From positions 2,418,001 through 2,482,000 of the forward strand of contig CM068756.1 in NCBI GenBank assembly GCA_035084275.1: 64,000 nucleotides of DNA, given 5' to 3'. Below, one piece after another: positions 11,240 through 25,289 of this stretch (position 1 is its first letter; each line of letters starts with the position of its first letter). The DNA comes from Hydrolagus colliei. Lineage: Eukaryota. Under the pieces are notes generated by a model. That model made no database searches. It was not told the DNA's origin and saw nothing but the letters and a program-made list of their open reading frames with translations. The position numbers were made by a program, and so were the translations under genes.

Positions 11240-12589
11240 GACATCTTTTACTAGATGCAGAGAAAGCAAATTATATTCAAATACAATTTCCATTTTTTTT
11301 ATTTAAAAAAGAATTCAGTGCATTATTTTGGCTCAGTATCCGCAGAGAAACGTCTCACTCAAATGTTTTTACAGAAAAGTTTCTGGAAATTCAAATGAGA
11401 GAAAGAAACTGACATTTTGTTTGAGTGACTTAGCATATCAAGAGTTCTTCATTGGCAATTGGTGTAATGCACTGACTGCATCTGTAAGCAATACAGTAGC
11501 CATTTATGCCAGCAAAAGGCTTGGCCAAACAGCCAACGAGGTGAATGCCACATTAATCTGGAGGATTTGTTGCCCTGTACCCTGGGAGAAACTCAATCCA
11601 ACTCAGTAGATACAGTCCTTTGATTGTATTATCCAAGTCTCATCCAAAAACCTGGTGCTTTTGATAATGCAGCTCTTCCCCACTAATGCAAACCTTTTCC
11701 TAGCCCAAGTTCTGAGTCAATGTTTCCAACTGGCAACTTTTTGACGGCAGAGATGCGAGCGCTTGCTACCGTCTGACCTGCCCAATGAAGAGAACAAATA
11801 TAAAAGGGAATGAGGAACGGTAGAGAATTCAGATTTCTTAGTTCCAGTTGAAACTCTGGTGTCAGATAAGGCTCGAAGGGATAAACTGAATGCTCTGCTT
11901 TTGTTTCTAAGATTCTATACTTTTAAACGGTGGGTAAATCATCGCTTTGAGATTAGGTAGTGAGGTGAAAGGCACAATATAAATTGTAATTGTGTGGCAA
12001 TCGCTCTGATCAAGAGATCCGAGAGCTCGCAAGGCAAGTCCATGCACGATATTTAACTTCAAAATTCAAGTAGACTTCAGCGAAAATGTAACGCGTATCT
12101 TTGAAAAGCGTTCAACAAGATTGCTGCTGCCATTGATGCTCTTTTACCAAAAGACGTCCAATACAACTGCCAGAACACATCAATTTCGACATGTACCATT
12201 TTGTGTAGCTGTGTGTTCAGATGTTTCCTTCGCTGCGTGTTGAAATTATTATCCTTTCAAAATAGCGCGTCAGATGTGAACTTGCTGCCAATTGTAACCC
12301 TGCACATACATGGAGTGATCACAAATATTCATTAAATATACTGTATGTACTTTGGCAGTTGCATTTTGTGATTGGAAAAGCTATGATTTCCATAGCAACG
12401 GGTGCAATCTGTGCCTCGTTCATTTTCAGCCGCTCTTTTCTGGGATACTTAAGAGAGGTGAGTCACCAGGGGAAAGTACAGGGATGGGGGAGGTAGTCCA
12501 GGGACAGAAATTGTTATTATCCCTTTGAAGATCCACCTCAATATTACTTCCGTATCAGGGCTTCAAAATGGACTATTATTATGTCTGCG

Positions 12590-12912
12590 CTCTCCGCCCT
12601 GCGGGCTTCGGCCTGTTCCATGTCTCCTGATCCACCCGCCCCACCATCAGCGGAAGAGCTGTCAGCCACTCTGTTCCCAACCTCTGGAATTCCATCCCGC
12701 AAACCCTCCGCCTCGCCCCCTGCCTGGCCTCCTTCCAAGTCCTGCCTCAAGACCCTCCTATTCAACGGTGCCAATAGTCACCCGAAATCCCCCTCCACTC
12801 TCCCGGACTCCAAACCCAGCTCGGGTCTGAAACATTGACTGTCCCAACGCCTTGGGACATCCTCCTGACGTGAAAGGCGTTGTACAAATATAATTTTGTT
12901 GTTGCTGTTGTT
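12590..12912 (+). mobile_element. L2 LINE 3' fragment
   Basis: ORF2 C-terminal remnant (..LWNSIP..SFKSCLKTLLF), C-rich 3'UTR, stem-loop tail and (ttg)n. Confidence 0.9.
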
Positions 12913-13801
12913 TATGAATTGTTTTCTCTTTAGTCCTACTTTGTGGCATTCAACATGGTGTATTCTAAGAAATACTGTTATCAGAAAAAATACACGATTG
13001 AGGTTAGGGGTCCATTCTCTGAAAGAGAATGCAATCAGGATTAAATAGGAACCAAGTGGAGGTAAGTTGTACGTTGTGTTTGAGGGCAGGACTGAGATTG
13101 TTTAATTGTTTTTCGGTAACTGGAGATGGAAATAAATTGTCCATGACGTTAATTAGTGGCCTAATGACGTACATCACTGGCCTTGTTTCTTCATCTCCAC
13201 TTATACAGCTTAGAAACTACATTGTAACTTTCATTTTCATTTTGAACAGTTTGGTACAGATTACATTCATCATGTTTTGGGGCCACGTTTCGCCCCCAAC
13301 AATAGATGTCTTGAAGACATGATAAGGAGCTGCATCAAATGCAACAATTATTATTATTATTATAAAATAATAAATTCCACCCCAAAATTTACAATAATGC
13401 CATTATTTACTGTTGCCGTGGCATCATTTCGAAGTGTGTCTAAAGTGGGCAAGTTATTCTATCTTCCTGCTGCTCCACCAGCACTGTGCTGAGATGTCAG
13501 TGTTTTGATATGTGCCCAGGGGACAGTGGAATGCGCAGGTTTGTGTTGCGAGTGTGAAATTCACATAGCGGAAGCTTCTATCAAGGTCGGGCTGCTGTGC
13601 GTACCGATGATCTAAACGCAACCATCAGCTTGGTTTCCAGCGATCAGGGTGATGTGTTCCAACATCCTTCAATCAAAATCCTCCTGTGGTTTTGATGTCT
13701 CGAGTTGCCTCTATCTTATCACAGCAGACCAACAGTTGTAGGCCATTTTCAAGTTAGCAATGCGTTATAAAATATTAAACTGTACGCATTAGCACTTTGT
13801 T

Positions 13802-13807
13802 TTTATT
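13802..13807 (-). promoter_or_regulatory. Candidate MLYCD polyadenylation signal AATAAA
   Basis: tttatt on the plus strand about 215 nt downstream of the MLYCD stop, after an AT-rich 3'UTR. Confidence 0.45.
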
Positions 13808-13982
13808 TTAGCCTCCATGCACATTGAGGGTTACAACAATTTTTAAAAATTAAATAATCCATTCATACATTTGGCACACAAAACAATCAGAAAATTTGTA
13901 TCTGAAGGTAAAAATTATGAAGAGCAATTATTTTAATTTAATTTTAATTAAATCGCAATAAATACCAATTTAATTACTAGCC

Positions 13983-14000
13983 TGTGTGTGTGTGTGTGCG
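13983..14000. repeat. (TG)n in MLYCD 3'UTR
   Basis: tgtgtgtgtgtgtgtgcg just downstream of the stop. Confidence 0.85.
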
Positions 14001-14021
14001 CGTGTCGGAATATAAGTCAAT

Positions 14022-14555
14022 CTAAAGTTTACTGATTGTCTGAAACTGTGACACAAGACTCAAAATCTGCTCAGAGGCCGCTATGTGCCTTGTCCTCAAG
14101 TACTGGGTGCTGTTGTCCTTGGTATTCTCCAGAAAATAGCGATAGTTTGCCATCATCCCTGAAGACGAGGAGATTCCGCGAGCGCTAGTGTCAGCCATCC
14201 AGTTCAATCGCCACATCACGGCCCCATTCTGCAAGTGGAAGTTGGCCACAGGGTTGAGGGCAGCCCCACGATGCTTTTCTCCATACAAGTACCAGCCACA
14301 GATCCTCATGAGAGGCAGCTCGAGAGCCCTCACCAGCTTGTCGGACCTCGTCCACTCATTGGTGACGAAGAGTCGTTTAAGCTTTTCCAACACAGGTTCT
14401 CCAACTGTGTCCTGGATCTCTTTGTACTCTGTGTTTGTAAAGATTTTGTTCATTTCCCCTTCCTTTATCTGCTGGCTGAGGACTCCGAGTAACCACTTTG
14501 TGAATCCTGGAATAGGCGACAAACTGGAAAACTGTCTCACGTCTGGAAATTCCCC
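14022..14555 (-). CDS. MLYCD: Malonyl-CoA decarboxylase, last exon (534 nt incl. TAG)
   Basis: Acceptor tctgcag|GGG. Contains [10 protein letters not shown] and [11 protein letters not shown] (catalytic Ser/His motifs of MCD) and WRLNWMAD. Ends ISKL* (PTS1). Confidence 0.97.
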   Translation of the reverse strand, partial: GEFPDVRQFSSLSPIPGFTKWLLGVLSQQIKEGEMNKIFTNTEYKEIQDTVGEPVLEKLKRLFVTNEWTRSDKLVRALELPLMRICGWYLYGEKHRGAALNPVANFHLQNGAVMWRLNWMADTSARGISSSSGMMANYRYFLENTKDNSTQYLRTRHIAASEQILSLVSQFQTISKL

Positions 14556-15131
14556 CTGCAGATCAGACAATAAAAAAAAGCAGATTAATGTCAGAACTAC
14601 TGTTAGTGTGTAGCTCTTAATAGCAATGTACCTGTACAGAAAAACAAGCTCCCTTCATCCTATCATTCCTGTAAACCAAACACCCGTACTTCAGTAAAAT
14701 AAAAGGATTTAATTATTAGTATAGTTCGAAAATCTCCACTTGGTCTTTCAAGTTGTTGTCCTGTCTCAGCCAGTAGTACTCTGGCCTCCGAGTGAGAAGG
14801 TTGCGAGTTCATAGCACAGAAATGCTCACTACTCTGCTTTCACATACACTGCTTTCATCTCCAATTCTCACTCCAAATTTATTCGGTGTCAAGTTCGCCT
14901 TAGGATGCAAATTTGGTGGTGGAGATACAAAGGATGAAATAATGCTCTGAGTTGGCCACCATCTATCTCGGGTCATTGCTTAACTGGGAAGTGACCCACA
15001 TTTCTCAATGACTTCAGCTCGAAATAGTATCTACGTGCATCGGAGCATCCCAGCAGAAAACATCAGTATGGGCCGTACTGATCATTCCACGATCATACAA
15101 CAACCACTCATTTATCACTTCTGCAGGCTCC

Positions 15132-15198
15132 ATAACAACAACAACACAATTACACTTGTATAGTATCTTTCACGCCAGGAGGACATTCCAAGGTGCTG
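15132..15198 (-). mobile_element. L2 3' tail only
   Basis: (aac)n..ttacacttgtatag..ctttcacgccaggaggacattccaaggtgctg. Confidence 0.75.
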
Positions 15199-17905
15199 AC
15201 AAATACTTAAATGCCGTAATTAAACATGGATTAGTGCCCACCTCACATAGAATTATAATGCATCATTCAGTATAACAGTGCTAGGGGACAAGCAATAGCT
15301 AAAAGCACAGACAAGTAGATTTCTTAACAGAACAAGAGGAATGAAAAGATTTGCGAAATACACAACAAATACATTTGTTGTTATCACCCCCACAATAGCA
15401 CCACACGCTTAATAATAATAATAATGGGGGATCTTTTAAAGTTCACCTGAATTGATAGATGAGACCACTTTATTATATATCATGGAAGGACTTTGCACAT
15501 TTCCTATCCACAAGCAAAAGACTGATGCATGCCCTATCTTCACAGCTGTTCAATCTTATCTGGTGCTCATCACTATGAGCTACACGTAGGTGAGCAAATC
15601 TTCCTCTTTCTTTGTGGATGTAAGTGTCTCTCTTTTCTTACCCTCTATACCACTCCGCTCATCAGGCAATATCTACACTTTGCTTTTTAAAAACATATAT
15701 ATTTATAATAATTAATAATTGCCCTTGCATTTCATATAGCGCCTGGCTGTAACGTTTCAAAGGATTTGCTGCAGCGTACAATCTGGGTATTTCACAGGTG
15801 AAATATATAAATCCAGGACATTCTTAAGACAATCACTTTGCTGTTGCACATGTGCTAAAATCCATTTATCTTCTGACATTTCTAAATATATAAAACCCTG
15901 AAAACAGTGCCTGAATAAATGCTGTGCTGATGTGTGCTGGGGCCCACCAGTTCTACGCGATGTCAATCATCCTGTTCAAAGCGGTGGAATTAGTTCAAAG
16001 GCTGGCAGAGTATGAAAGCTAATTGAAAGCATTGTCAGTCAACATACTTCAAATGTCAAGAGTTGAAATTCAAGACTGATTATTTTTCAATGCTCCCTAG
16101 CACAGGTCGCATTTTTCAATAAGTCTTCAGAATTCTGGGCTGCTGAGTAGAACCTTACCCTGCTGATCAAATAGGTAGTTTGTGCTGTTCGCCCATGTTA
16201 TCTCATTAGGAAAAAATCATAGCTGTATTTCTCACATCAAAATCTCGTTAGAAGGACACTGAAAGTTGAATAAAGCCTGTCAAAACCAATTAAAGGGCAA
16301 CCTTAGGTTTAGAAAACTTCTATTTTCAAGAGAGCGCAACCAAGGCCTGAATTCAAACCCCAGCCGTGCTCTGTGTGCTGTTGCCGAGGCTTTAGCAGCT
16401 CTCACTAGATCAATCACATCAACAGCCTTCAATAAAAGATTTACGAAAGAAGACTATTGTCTGAGGACATTTCAGAACACACCAGATCATAGACAGTGCG
16501 TGAATTTTCTGTGGAAAACGGAAAACTAGCTCTTGAATTTGTTTCCACTTTCGTGCATCCACCGCCTTAGGCAGCACGCCCTTATTTTGTAATCTTCCAC
16601 TCTCAAAACAGCCGAGCTATCAGATGGAAGCCCATTGGGTTTGTTTGGAGAATCCACTGAGATGGAAGCAATCTCCTACGGACAGCAAAATCGCAACACA
16701 CAATTCACACCCAGAAATCTGAGAGCCAAGGCTTGTGAGGTCAATGAGAGAAATGGAGGAAAAGTGTACAAAAAAATCCAACTCTTTCTAGGCTGATGTA
16801 TGTATTCCTTGAGGACAAGTAGGAGTTGTCTGATAATAAAAAGATCCATTGAATAATTGGCTGTGGCAGCGAGCTATGGCAAACAAAGGCAAACGAGTAT
16901 GGACTAAAGTCATCCAAACTGCACAGGTTTCTCATTGAAATATGCAAGATCGATCCTGCTATCTAAGCGCAAGTTGTTGTTATTGGATCGTGAGCTAGAT
17001 TTCAAGGTTTGGAATTTTATCCATAAAATGACCTTACAATGACAACTAAAAATTAGTATTGACAGGAATACCAATTTTCTTTTTTTTTTAAATGACAGTT
17101 AGGGCAATGGATCACCGGTTATTTTTCCAGCTGTACCCTGGAAGAATCTGTTACAGGCAGATAGATGGATGACTACATGATCCACACTTCAGAAAGCTCC
17201 AGAGACATCATCATCAATCCCACTCCTTTCCCAACCTATGAAAAGAAACACTTGAGTTGTGTGAGAAGAGCCGCTTGCTTTCTCTAGATAATCCAGACCA
17301 AACACGTGTGCTCTAGTGGAAATGCTGATCTAGTTAGGAGCATGGCACTGTAGTAAAACAAAACAGCCAATTCGCACAGGTACATTTTTTTTCTGATTTT
17401 TCAACTGATTACATTTCAAATAATATCAACTGGGAATCTTCATACCAGCTAATGTCAAAGTGCATAACTGCAAGCACATTACTAACAGCTCAAGAGTTAG
17501 GGCTGCTGTGACAACCAAGCCATAAATGTCCATCAATGCTTCAAACAATCACATTTGTGGGGTTTTAAGAAGCAAAATGATGTGTTGTGAATTTCAAACG
17601 TAGGTTTGAGAATTGAATTAGGACAACTCTATGGAAATGTTGTAACAACAAAAAGACATCTGCAGGTCACGACATTCTCTAAATAGATTAAAATGAGAAA
17701 CACAGCAGCCTGGTTAGATTTCCGACTTGGAAATGCTACCGCAGTCTCCAGAACTTTAATGAGATGTGCTATTAAGTGCACGCACTGTCCTTAGTCAAGA
17801 GTGCCGCTGTTGCTATTATCATTATTCATGTCAACTCACGCTGCTGATCCTGCCTGTAATTAATGTCCGTCCTTGCAGACTTTACACTTGTTTGCACAGA
17901 CTTAC

Positions 17906-18058
17906 TTGAAGCTCTTTGACCACGCGCTTGATGAGGTAATTTCCGAGCTCCACCCCCCGCAGCCCTTGCTGGGTCGAGCTGATGGAGTAGAAAATAGCTG
18001 TGGTGATCTTTTTAGCATCCTCCGTCATCTCTGCAGAGGGAACATCTCGGACAATAGC
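17906..18058 (-). CDS. MLYCD: Malonyl-CoA decarboxylase, exon 4 (153 nt)
   Basis: Acceptor ttccag|GCT. Encodes AIVRDVPS...[31 protein letters not shown] (GNAT-fold CoA-binding region). Donor CAA|gtaagt. Confidence 0.96.
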
Positions 18059-20339
18059 CTGGAATTCAATGAAAACCCCAATCCTTATTTTCTTCACAGC
18101 TCATTTCATATGCAGCCTTCAATGGTTGCCGATACATTCCATCATTTCTTATCAGACACAGGCACTAAGCATTTCTAAATGAGCCCAGTTAGTGAAGACA
18201 AATGTGCAAAATCAGACTTTTCTTAATGGAGTAATGTGTCTCTTCATTAACCAATAAGATAACTAGATTAGATGTGAATACTAAATAGTATATTACTAGT
18301 CTGCTTCCAAAACTCCCAGAAACAAAAATCATTTACAGTAAATTCACACAATGCCATAAATCAGCTAGTTATTCTTCCTTGGCAAACCACCTCCACTCCC
18401 ACAATAGTGTTATTGTCCCGAACAGTAAAAGCCACCATTAATTTAATTTTTTAAAATGAGGCAAAGTGAATGGAGAGGAGGAAAAAAAAAGTTTGGAAGT
18501 GGAACTGAAAGAAGTGTAGTCAGTGCAGCAAAACCAAAGTTCATCCAAACTGTATGACAGAAAACTGCAATATTCTTGGCACTTTATTCAGAAATAATTT
18601 ACAACCCGATTATCAATACAATCTATATCGTACAAATATATAATACACACACCTATTGTTAAATAAATACATCAAAAACAAAAGTCGGCATTCAGTTAAT
18701 TAAATATTTGATGTCATTGCTTATCAGATCATGGGTACATCATCACCACTTGTTAAAGTCACACAATCTGATTGAAGTTGTGTATTCGTCAACAACAATA
18801 ACTTGTATTTAAATAGTGCCCTCCACACGCTGGGCAGCGTCTCAGAGCGCTTAAGACCCATCAAGGTCTGGGAAGGAAATAAATAGTGTGAAACCCAGCG
18901 CAGCTGTAACACATCTTCAGAGTTCAGATGACATTATAAACCACTCAAGATTTGCTCTCACCGTTTATGTCTTCATCTAATCCCCTTGATGCATTACTGC
19001 CTTCTTACATAGTGCAAACCATGCATTATTTAAACTACAACACAACAAATACTTGGCAGCCAATTTGAGGTTGTAACTCAATTTCCATTTTTTGCTGATT
19101 CTAGCAAATTAGGATGTTATGAAAACCTCTCAACTGAATTAATGCCAGATATCCATTAGCCGGCTTCTGTACTTTTATTCAAAAAAATTTTGAGTTCATC
19201 TTGGCAGTATTCAACAAGTAGGCGCCGAGCTTTCACACGTGAATGGAACTCAATATTTTTGAAGTGATCAATCGATTTTGTAAAGCATTTTAAACTGCTG
19301 CATCTTGCATGCATTCTCCACTAAGGCTGGCTTACTTAGAATTGTTATCAGAATTCTAAAATCAAAACAAAAAAGGAGTCCTGAAATACAATCATTAGTT
19401 TAATTTAGTATAGATTGAAGTGGTTTATATAATATTTAGACAGATAATTCTCTTCTGCATCCTCCTTTTTGGGGAGCAAAAACTAGTGAGGGTGAAGATC
19501 CCTTTCTTATTACATTTTACCAATAGAATGTAATTAGTCATGTTTTCTTGACATGTTTTTGTTCCTCACATTGATTTCTCTGTTTAATGCAAAGGTAGAT
19601 TATTTTTTAAATAGCTGAATCATCAATTAAAATTTAGGTCCCCCAATCTAGTAAACTCCCTTACTTCATGGAAGTAAAGGAAAGGTTGAGACATTTATTT
19701 ACAACAGCAGTAGGACTTCTTCCATCACTTAGAAATGCCTTTCGTAAATTTTGTATTATTATTTTTATTTCAATGGTAGGATAGGTTTCATGATAGGCCC
19801 ACATACGAGAGCCAGAACATTAGATCAGCCAAGGATCAATACACAGCCACTTAATTCTGGGGAAAAAATTCTTACTGAACGAAGTTGCCACTTTATAACT
19901 AAGTTTCTCTTCAAACCAATCAAGCTCAATTGCAACAAACTCATTTATCATTAAATGTCAGAAAATGCATCCAGATTAATGGCTAATGTCAGGTATATGA
20001 ACATATCAAATAAAACTTTGGAAGCAAACCAGATTTAAAAAGGCAATCATTTTTGTTCCCTTTCTATTTTCGGTTTCATTTTTATCCTCACCAAGTGTGT
20101 GATATACGTTTTTGATCCTATGGGGACACAGTGAATTCTAATCTCTAAATCTAGACTTGTTTAACTGTGAATTTGTATTCTCCGGTCCAATGCACAGAAG
20201 TTTATGTTTCAATAATTCAACCTTAGCTACATCTTTCATTATTCCAAACACGTCTATCCAGTCTTCTTTTCTTCAGTGAAAGCAAGTTTAGTTGCCTGAA
20301 AATTATTCCCAATTCATCTCTTTCAACCAATTCTAAACT

Positions 20340-20432
20340 AGCTCCAACATCTTTTGCATTGGAATGAGCCTATTTAAGGACCTTGTATTGGGAACTTTGT
20401 GAAATGCTTTCTAAAAGTCTAAGTAAACATTG
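20340..20432 (-). mobile_element. Degenerate CR1 reverse-transcriptase fragment
   Basis: Minus strand reads VYLDF*KAFHKVP, a decayed version of the CR1 RT motif YLDFxKAFDKVP. Confidence 0.6.
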
Positions 20433-21660
20433 TGCTTTTATCCACCAGCGTTTGTTGTTGTGATAATGTGGAATTCATAAAACGTACAGGATAAACCTAG
20501 CTTGAGCCAGCAAAACCTACTGTGATTATTACTGTACATAGATTTTTTTAATAGTAAAATGATGAACATCATTGTTAGCTGAATCATCTAGAGTCATATC
20601 GTAGTTTAATTACACGGTTTAATGTAAACTTTTCATAATAATCTAAAAGGATTCATTATATTTGCAGGCTAATATGATTAATTGCTATTTTTTATTCCTG
20701 CCACAGGAACTGCTAACAACTACCCTCGAGCTACATTAGTTTTTGTATTCATTGCACTGTTGTTATGAATTATTCTACTGTGATGATAAAAACAAATGAT
20801 TGTATCCTATTCTATGCAGAAGGGTAAAATAATATATTCTAGATTTATGAAAGAACATCTTATTGATCCATTCATGACTGCTGAGGGACTACAAGAGAAA
20901 AGCCAATTGTAGCTGAACTATACCAATACACCCTATACAAGCCAAAGTCATACATTGGTTCCCCTTTGGAATACATTGGTCAAAGACATCAAATTCTAAG
21001 ATGCCTTATAAGGAGTCTGAGTGCCTCAGCTCTCGCTCCCAAAGAATTGACCAATCTTCCGGGCAATCAGGTTAATGCCAAACCCACTTCCTGTATCCTG
21101 GCATTTGTAGTGACTGGGGTCCACATTCCATTAATTTGATAACTTCCTTTAAAATTAATACTCTTCAGATTAAATAAATCAAGTAGATCGCAAGAGAGAT
21201 TTCACCGGACGAACGCTCTTCGACCCATTTATTTTCTGTCTTTCAGGTACCAATCCTGTGGTCTTCCTATTACTGCACCAACCTGTATTTTAAATAAGTG
21301 CCTTCAACCCCCTTTCTAATAACCTGTTCTAAAGCTTTACTATCTGATCTGTCTTCCTAAACTTGCCCTACACTGTGCTTATTATGTTCTCCCAATTTGC
21401 TGCTTCAGAAAGGATTGTTCCAGGTTCATTGAGGTCAGGCTCTGATCTGTGGTTTTGGATGACTTGGTTATTATTAAATATAGAATTTGCCTGTTTTTCC
21501 AATTTGCCTGAAAACCTACCATTTTCAGAACTCCTAAAACAACAACCATTGCTTGATCATTCTTCTGCAAACAGTCTCTTGGAGTTCATCTATATTGGGG
21601 GGATTTCGCTCCTTCTCTCCAACAAGTTTCAGGCTACATTAAATGTTGAATTGGTCTCAC

Positions 21661-21817
21661 CTGTATACTACTAGAAATGTGATCAGTTAGTGCCACATGT
21701 AGAACAACCAAAGGCTCTCCTGGCATTGCACTATGGGTGAAAACAAAGCATCTTCTGTAAGGCCCGACTCGACGTTTAATATCTGTCCAGTTCCTAACAG
21801 GATGCACTGCTTCATAC
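21661..21817 (-). CDS. MLYCD: Malonyl-CoA decarboxylase, exon 3 (157 nt)
   Basis: Acceptor tctcacag|G. Encodes [52 protein letters not shown]. Donor CAG|gtgaga. Phases fit exons 2 and 4. Confidence 0.96.
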
Positions 21818-23414
21818 CTGTGAGAATGAAACGTTACATTTAAATTACATTCATTTTAGGTAGTTGAGCTGCAGCAGCAAAATTTAAGGTATTACAATTC
21901 ATCAGGTCTGAAACCAAGCTGTTGTTCAGTATGAAAAATGAGTTTTACTACACATTTGAGTTAATATTCAACCACAACATTTCAAATGAAGCTGTTTGAA
22001 CAGAACAGCAATACTGTACTGTGAAACTAGACCTTTCAATTTTATTTTCAATCTTGTCAAACGCTTCACACTACCATTGAATGTATCCTCATTCATTAAT
22101 AATGTAGAAAGCTAGCAAAAGCAATTTATTACCAGTTAGATCACTTATGTACATCAGAAAACCAAATTATTTCCTTTATTCATTCTCCTGATGTATATTG
22201 TTATGTGATGCTCACTCAAATGCTGCTAATTTTCTGATTAAGCAGCAATTCTTATTAGTGATTTTTTGAGGAGGTATTAAGTATTCACAGAGAGTCTAAT
22301 GATTAGCAACTGAAGTGGATTTTCTTTTGGGGTGTTTTGGGTGAGGGACAGTGACATTGTGTGAGAAGTGAATTGAGTTTGGTTGTTATGCACATTATGA
22401 CCGAATCTTGTGGTATTATTCAATTTGAAGGAGCTATATCTCTACACTAAATCTCATCTTTAGTCCATCCGTATAATTGGTGCCACATATTTTAATATTG
22501 AAAAGCGAGGATAAAAAAAGTTTAACCTCCAAAAAGTTCAAAATCTTTATTTGGTTTCTCATTTATTTGCTCAGACTTCTAATCATCTAATTGTACTTTT
22601 CCACATCATCATAATAAGTATTGGACGACTGCTATAACCATAATACTATAGAGTATTCTTTTTATGTTCTTCATATTAAAAACAGCTAACTTCTATAAAT
22701 GGTTACATATTTAATATAAAAACTGAATCCAATAAAATGTCACGATTCACAATGGGTGCTCCGAAACCTTAATGGTCTGCTGTGAAGATAAAAAAAACAT
22801 GTAATATAAGCTCCCAAGACAAAAGCACCAAACATTTACTACTACTCTATAATTATCACCCTTCACCTCTCGCCCTCCAGTGTACTCATGCATTCACATT
22901 TAAGTATTTATCAGCAGTAATCATTTTGCCGCATTATAAAATAGTACTAGAAGCTTTGGAAACTGTCAATATGCATTTCCTCGCCACAAACTATGAATTT
23001 AAAAGATTCTTTGTTTAGTATTCACTTGTTTCTACAGCAGGCAGAAACCAATTAACAACTAGACTACTCAACCAGACATTTCAGGTGGTTCAGTCACTTG
23101 ACTTGTGACCAAAAGGCAAGTTGAAATACCGTCGGGTCCACTCAATCCTGTCTTTTGAGATGCATGAGCATATCGTGTCTTCAATTAACACTGATATTCA
23201 TTTACTTCAAACACTTTTTAACTGCAGTGTTATTTAGTATTAGGTCATTAATCCATTTGTGCATATTCACAAAATGTTAAGTGATTTTATGCATACACAG
23301 ATTATTGACTGTCTGGATTTTAATTTATGGAGACCAAGCTAAAATTGACTTTATAAGTATTTGATAAAAAAAGGTACTCCCTTATTTAATTACAATGCAA
23401 AAAAAAATACTTAC

Positions 23415-23527
23415 TGGCTAATTTTCTGCAGAAGGTCGCAAGAGGATTGCCAGGTGACGCGTTCCAAGTTCAAAAATCCTACAGAAAACCATTCTGAGAA
23501 CAGGCTCTTCAACATCCCATTCATTTC
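23415..23527 (-). CDS. MLYCD: Malonyl-CoA decarboxylase, exon 2 (113 nt)
   Basis: Acceptor ttttaag|GAA. Encodes [37 protein letters not shown](Q). Donor CA|gtaagt, phase 2. Not in the ORF track; read manually. Confidence 0.96.
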
Positions 23528-25289
23528 CTTAAAATCAACACAAAGCCAGTGAATTAATGATTGAAATCGAGTGAAATACTGCAGTACATTACTTTCAGAT
23601 TAAAGAACGCAGTAAAAATGATATGAATAGCATCATAATATGGACATATAAATTTAGTTACTACCCTTCACTGTAAAATCTTATGAAGTTTGTTGAGACA
23701 GACCAACAAGGTGATAAAGTGCTTTATCAAATTTCAGGATTATTATTGCTCCAAGGAGAATAGTATCCAGAGATTCTACAAAAGAGGCTGCATAATTTCA
23801 TTAATGGGTTAGTTCAATATTTGTACAACTTAACACCAAAGCAGCAGAAAGAATATTCACTTTGGATTATTTAGGTTACACAATCAAATAAAAATACAGT
23901 ACAAGAATGATCATTCATGGATGTAAAGGCAATATATATCTTTCATGGAAAGTGTTAGCCTTTTTTTTGCAATTTCAAGTAAATAGACACATTTACAAGT
24001 TCCCAGAAAGGTTTATGGGCAAATTTCCATGCTATTAAACCATTAATGACAACACACCAGTAACCTTGATGTGAATGACACCGGTCACTATTTGCACAGA
24101 TCAGCATGTGACCATCCCTACCTTATTTTACCCATTTGTCTACTCTGTCCAAATGGCTGGTGATATAAACAAACACAAACTCAAATTTCATGAATACATA
24201 TCCCAGCTTATATTTAATTTACTTTATATTTATGGAGCTCATTTCAGCATGTAGCTTGATTTACCTTTCCATTCCTCAACCACTCCCTATTCAATGTTTC
24301 CTGCTCAACGATTAACACATGTGATAGATTGTATAGAAACCTTTGTTCATAGAGCTGGTGCTAGTTTTTATAGATAAAAGTATCCACATTGTCAACTTGA
24401 AGAAAGAAAAAGCATCCAAGTCGCTGTTTCACTTGCTGAATGTCAAGAGCTGAAAATATTGGTCATACTGCATGGTTATAATAGGGTATGTGATCTTCAA
24501 TATTCCTTTTACGAAAACAAAGACTGACTTAAGAAGTTGAGGAAGTCAGAAATTAAAAAGGCAGTGGTTATGGATGCAATGATGTGGTAAATTTTACTTT
24601 AAAGCATAATTGTGGAATTTGTTCACCCCCTCTGTCCCCCTCCAACACATACACTTATGTGAAGCAATTACTGCTTCAGAAACAATAGGACGTGACTGTA
24701 TCAAAGGAATCATTATTGCAAGACAACAGCTTCCAGTGGAATGTAACACTCCAGGGGGCACAATTTTGCAAAATCGTATGACTACAATAGTGGGAGGAAA
24801 AACTATTATATCTCTACTGTGGTATTGTGCATCCTCAGCTGCAATCCATAAGGAGTAACCATGGAACCGTCAAACTGCGATTGTCCCAAACTGCACAGCA
24901 TTTTACGCTAGAATTTCTCAAATTACCTTCATTCATTTATGGAGGGTCAATGACAGTATTTAGGTTTAGAGCTAATAGCGTTATGGCAATTCTTCACAGT
25001 TTGTGACAGACTCCACTCAGAGTAACGACAGAGAGACAAGTGTCTTCTAGATTACGTGCAAAGCTATTTTCTTTCAGAAAGGTTAATTTTTCTGACGGGT
25101 AAATTAAGTCCTACTCGAAAAATGAAATTACAGCTTGCTTGTCAGATATCCTATAAATTATGTCAATCAAACACTACTACAGACCACTACAAGAATGAAT
25201 GCAGTTCAACATTTGCAAAGTGAAGCTGATAGACAGCTGATTCACAAAGAGTCCGGTTTTAAGATTAAACGTTGACATTTCCGACTTGT

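Noticed and set aside
14188-14613. Plus-strand ORFs overlapping MLYCD exons (also 17873-18178, 32862-33206)
   Set aside because: Antisense shadows of coding exons with no independent signals.
18724-18750. C/D box snoRNA-like TGATGA...CTGA in MLYCD intron 3 (minus)
   Set aside because: Boxes are only about 12 nt apart, with no terminal stem or guide region.
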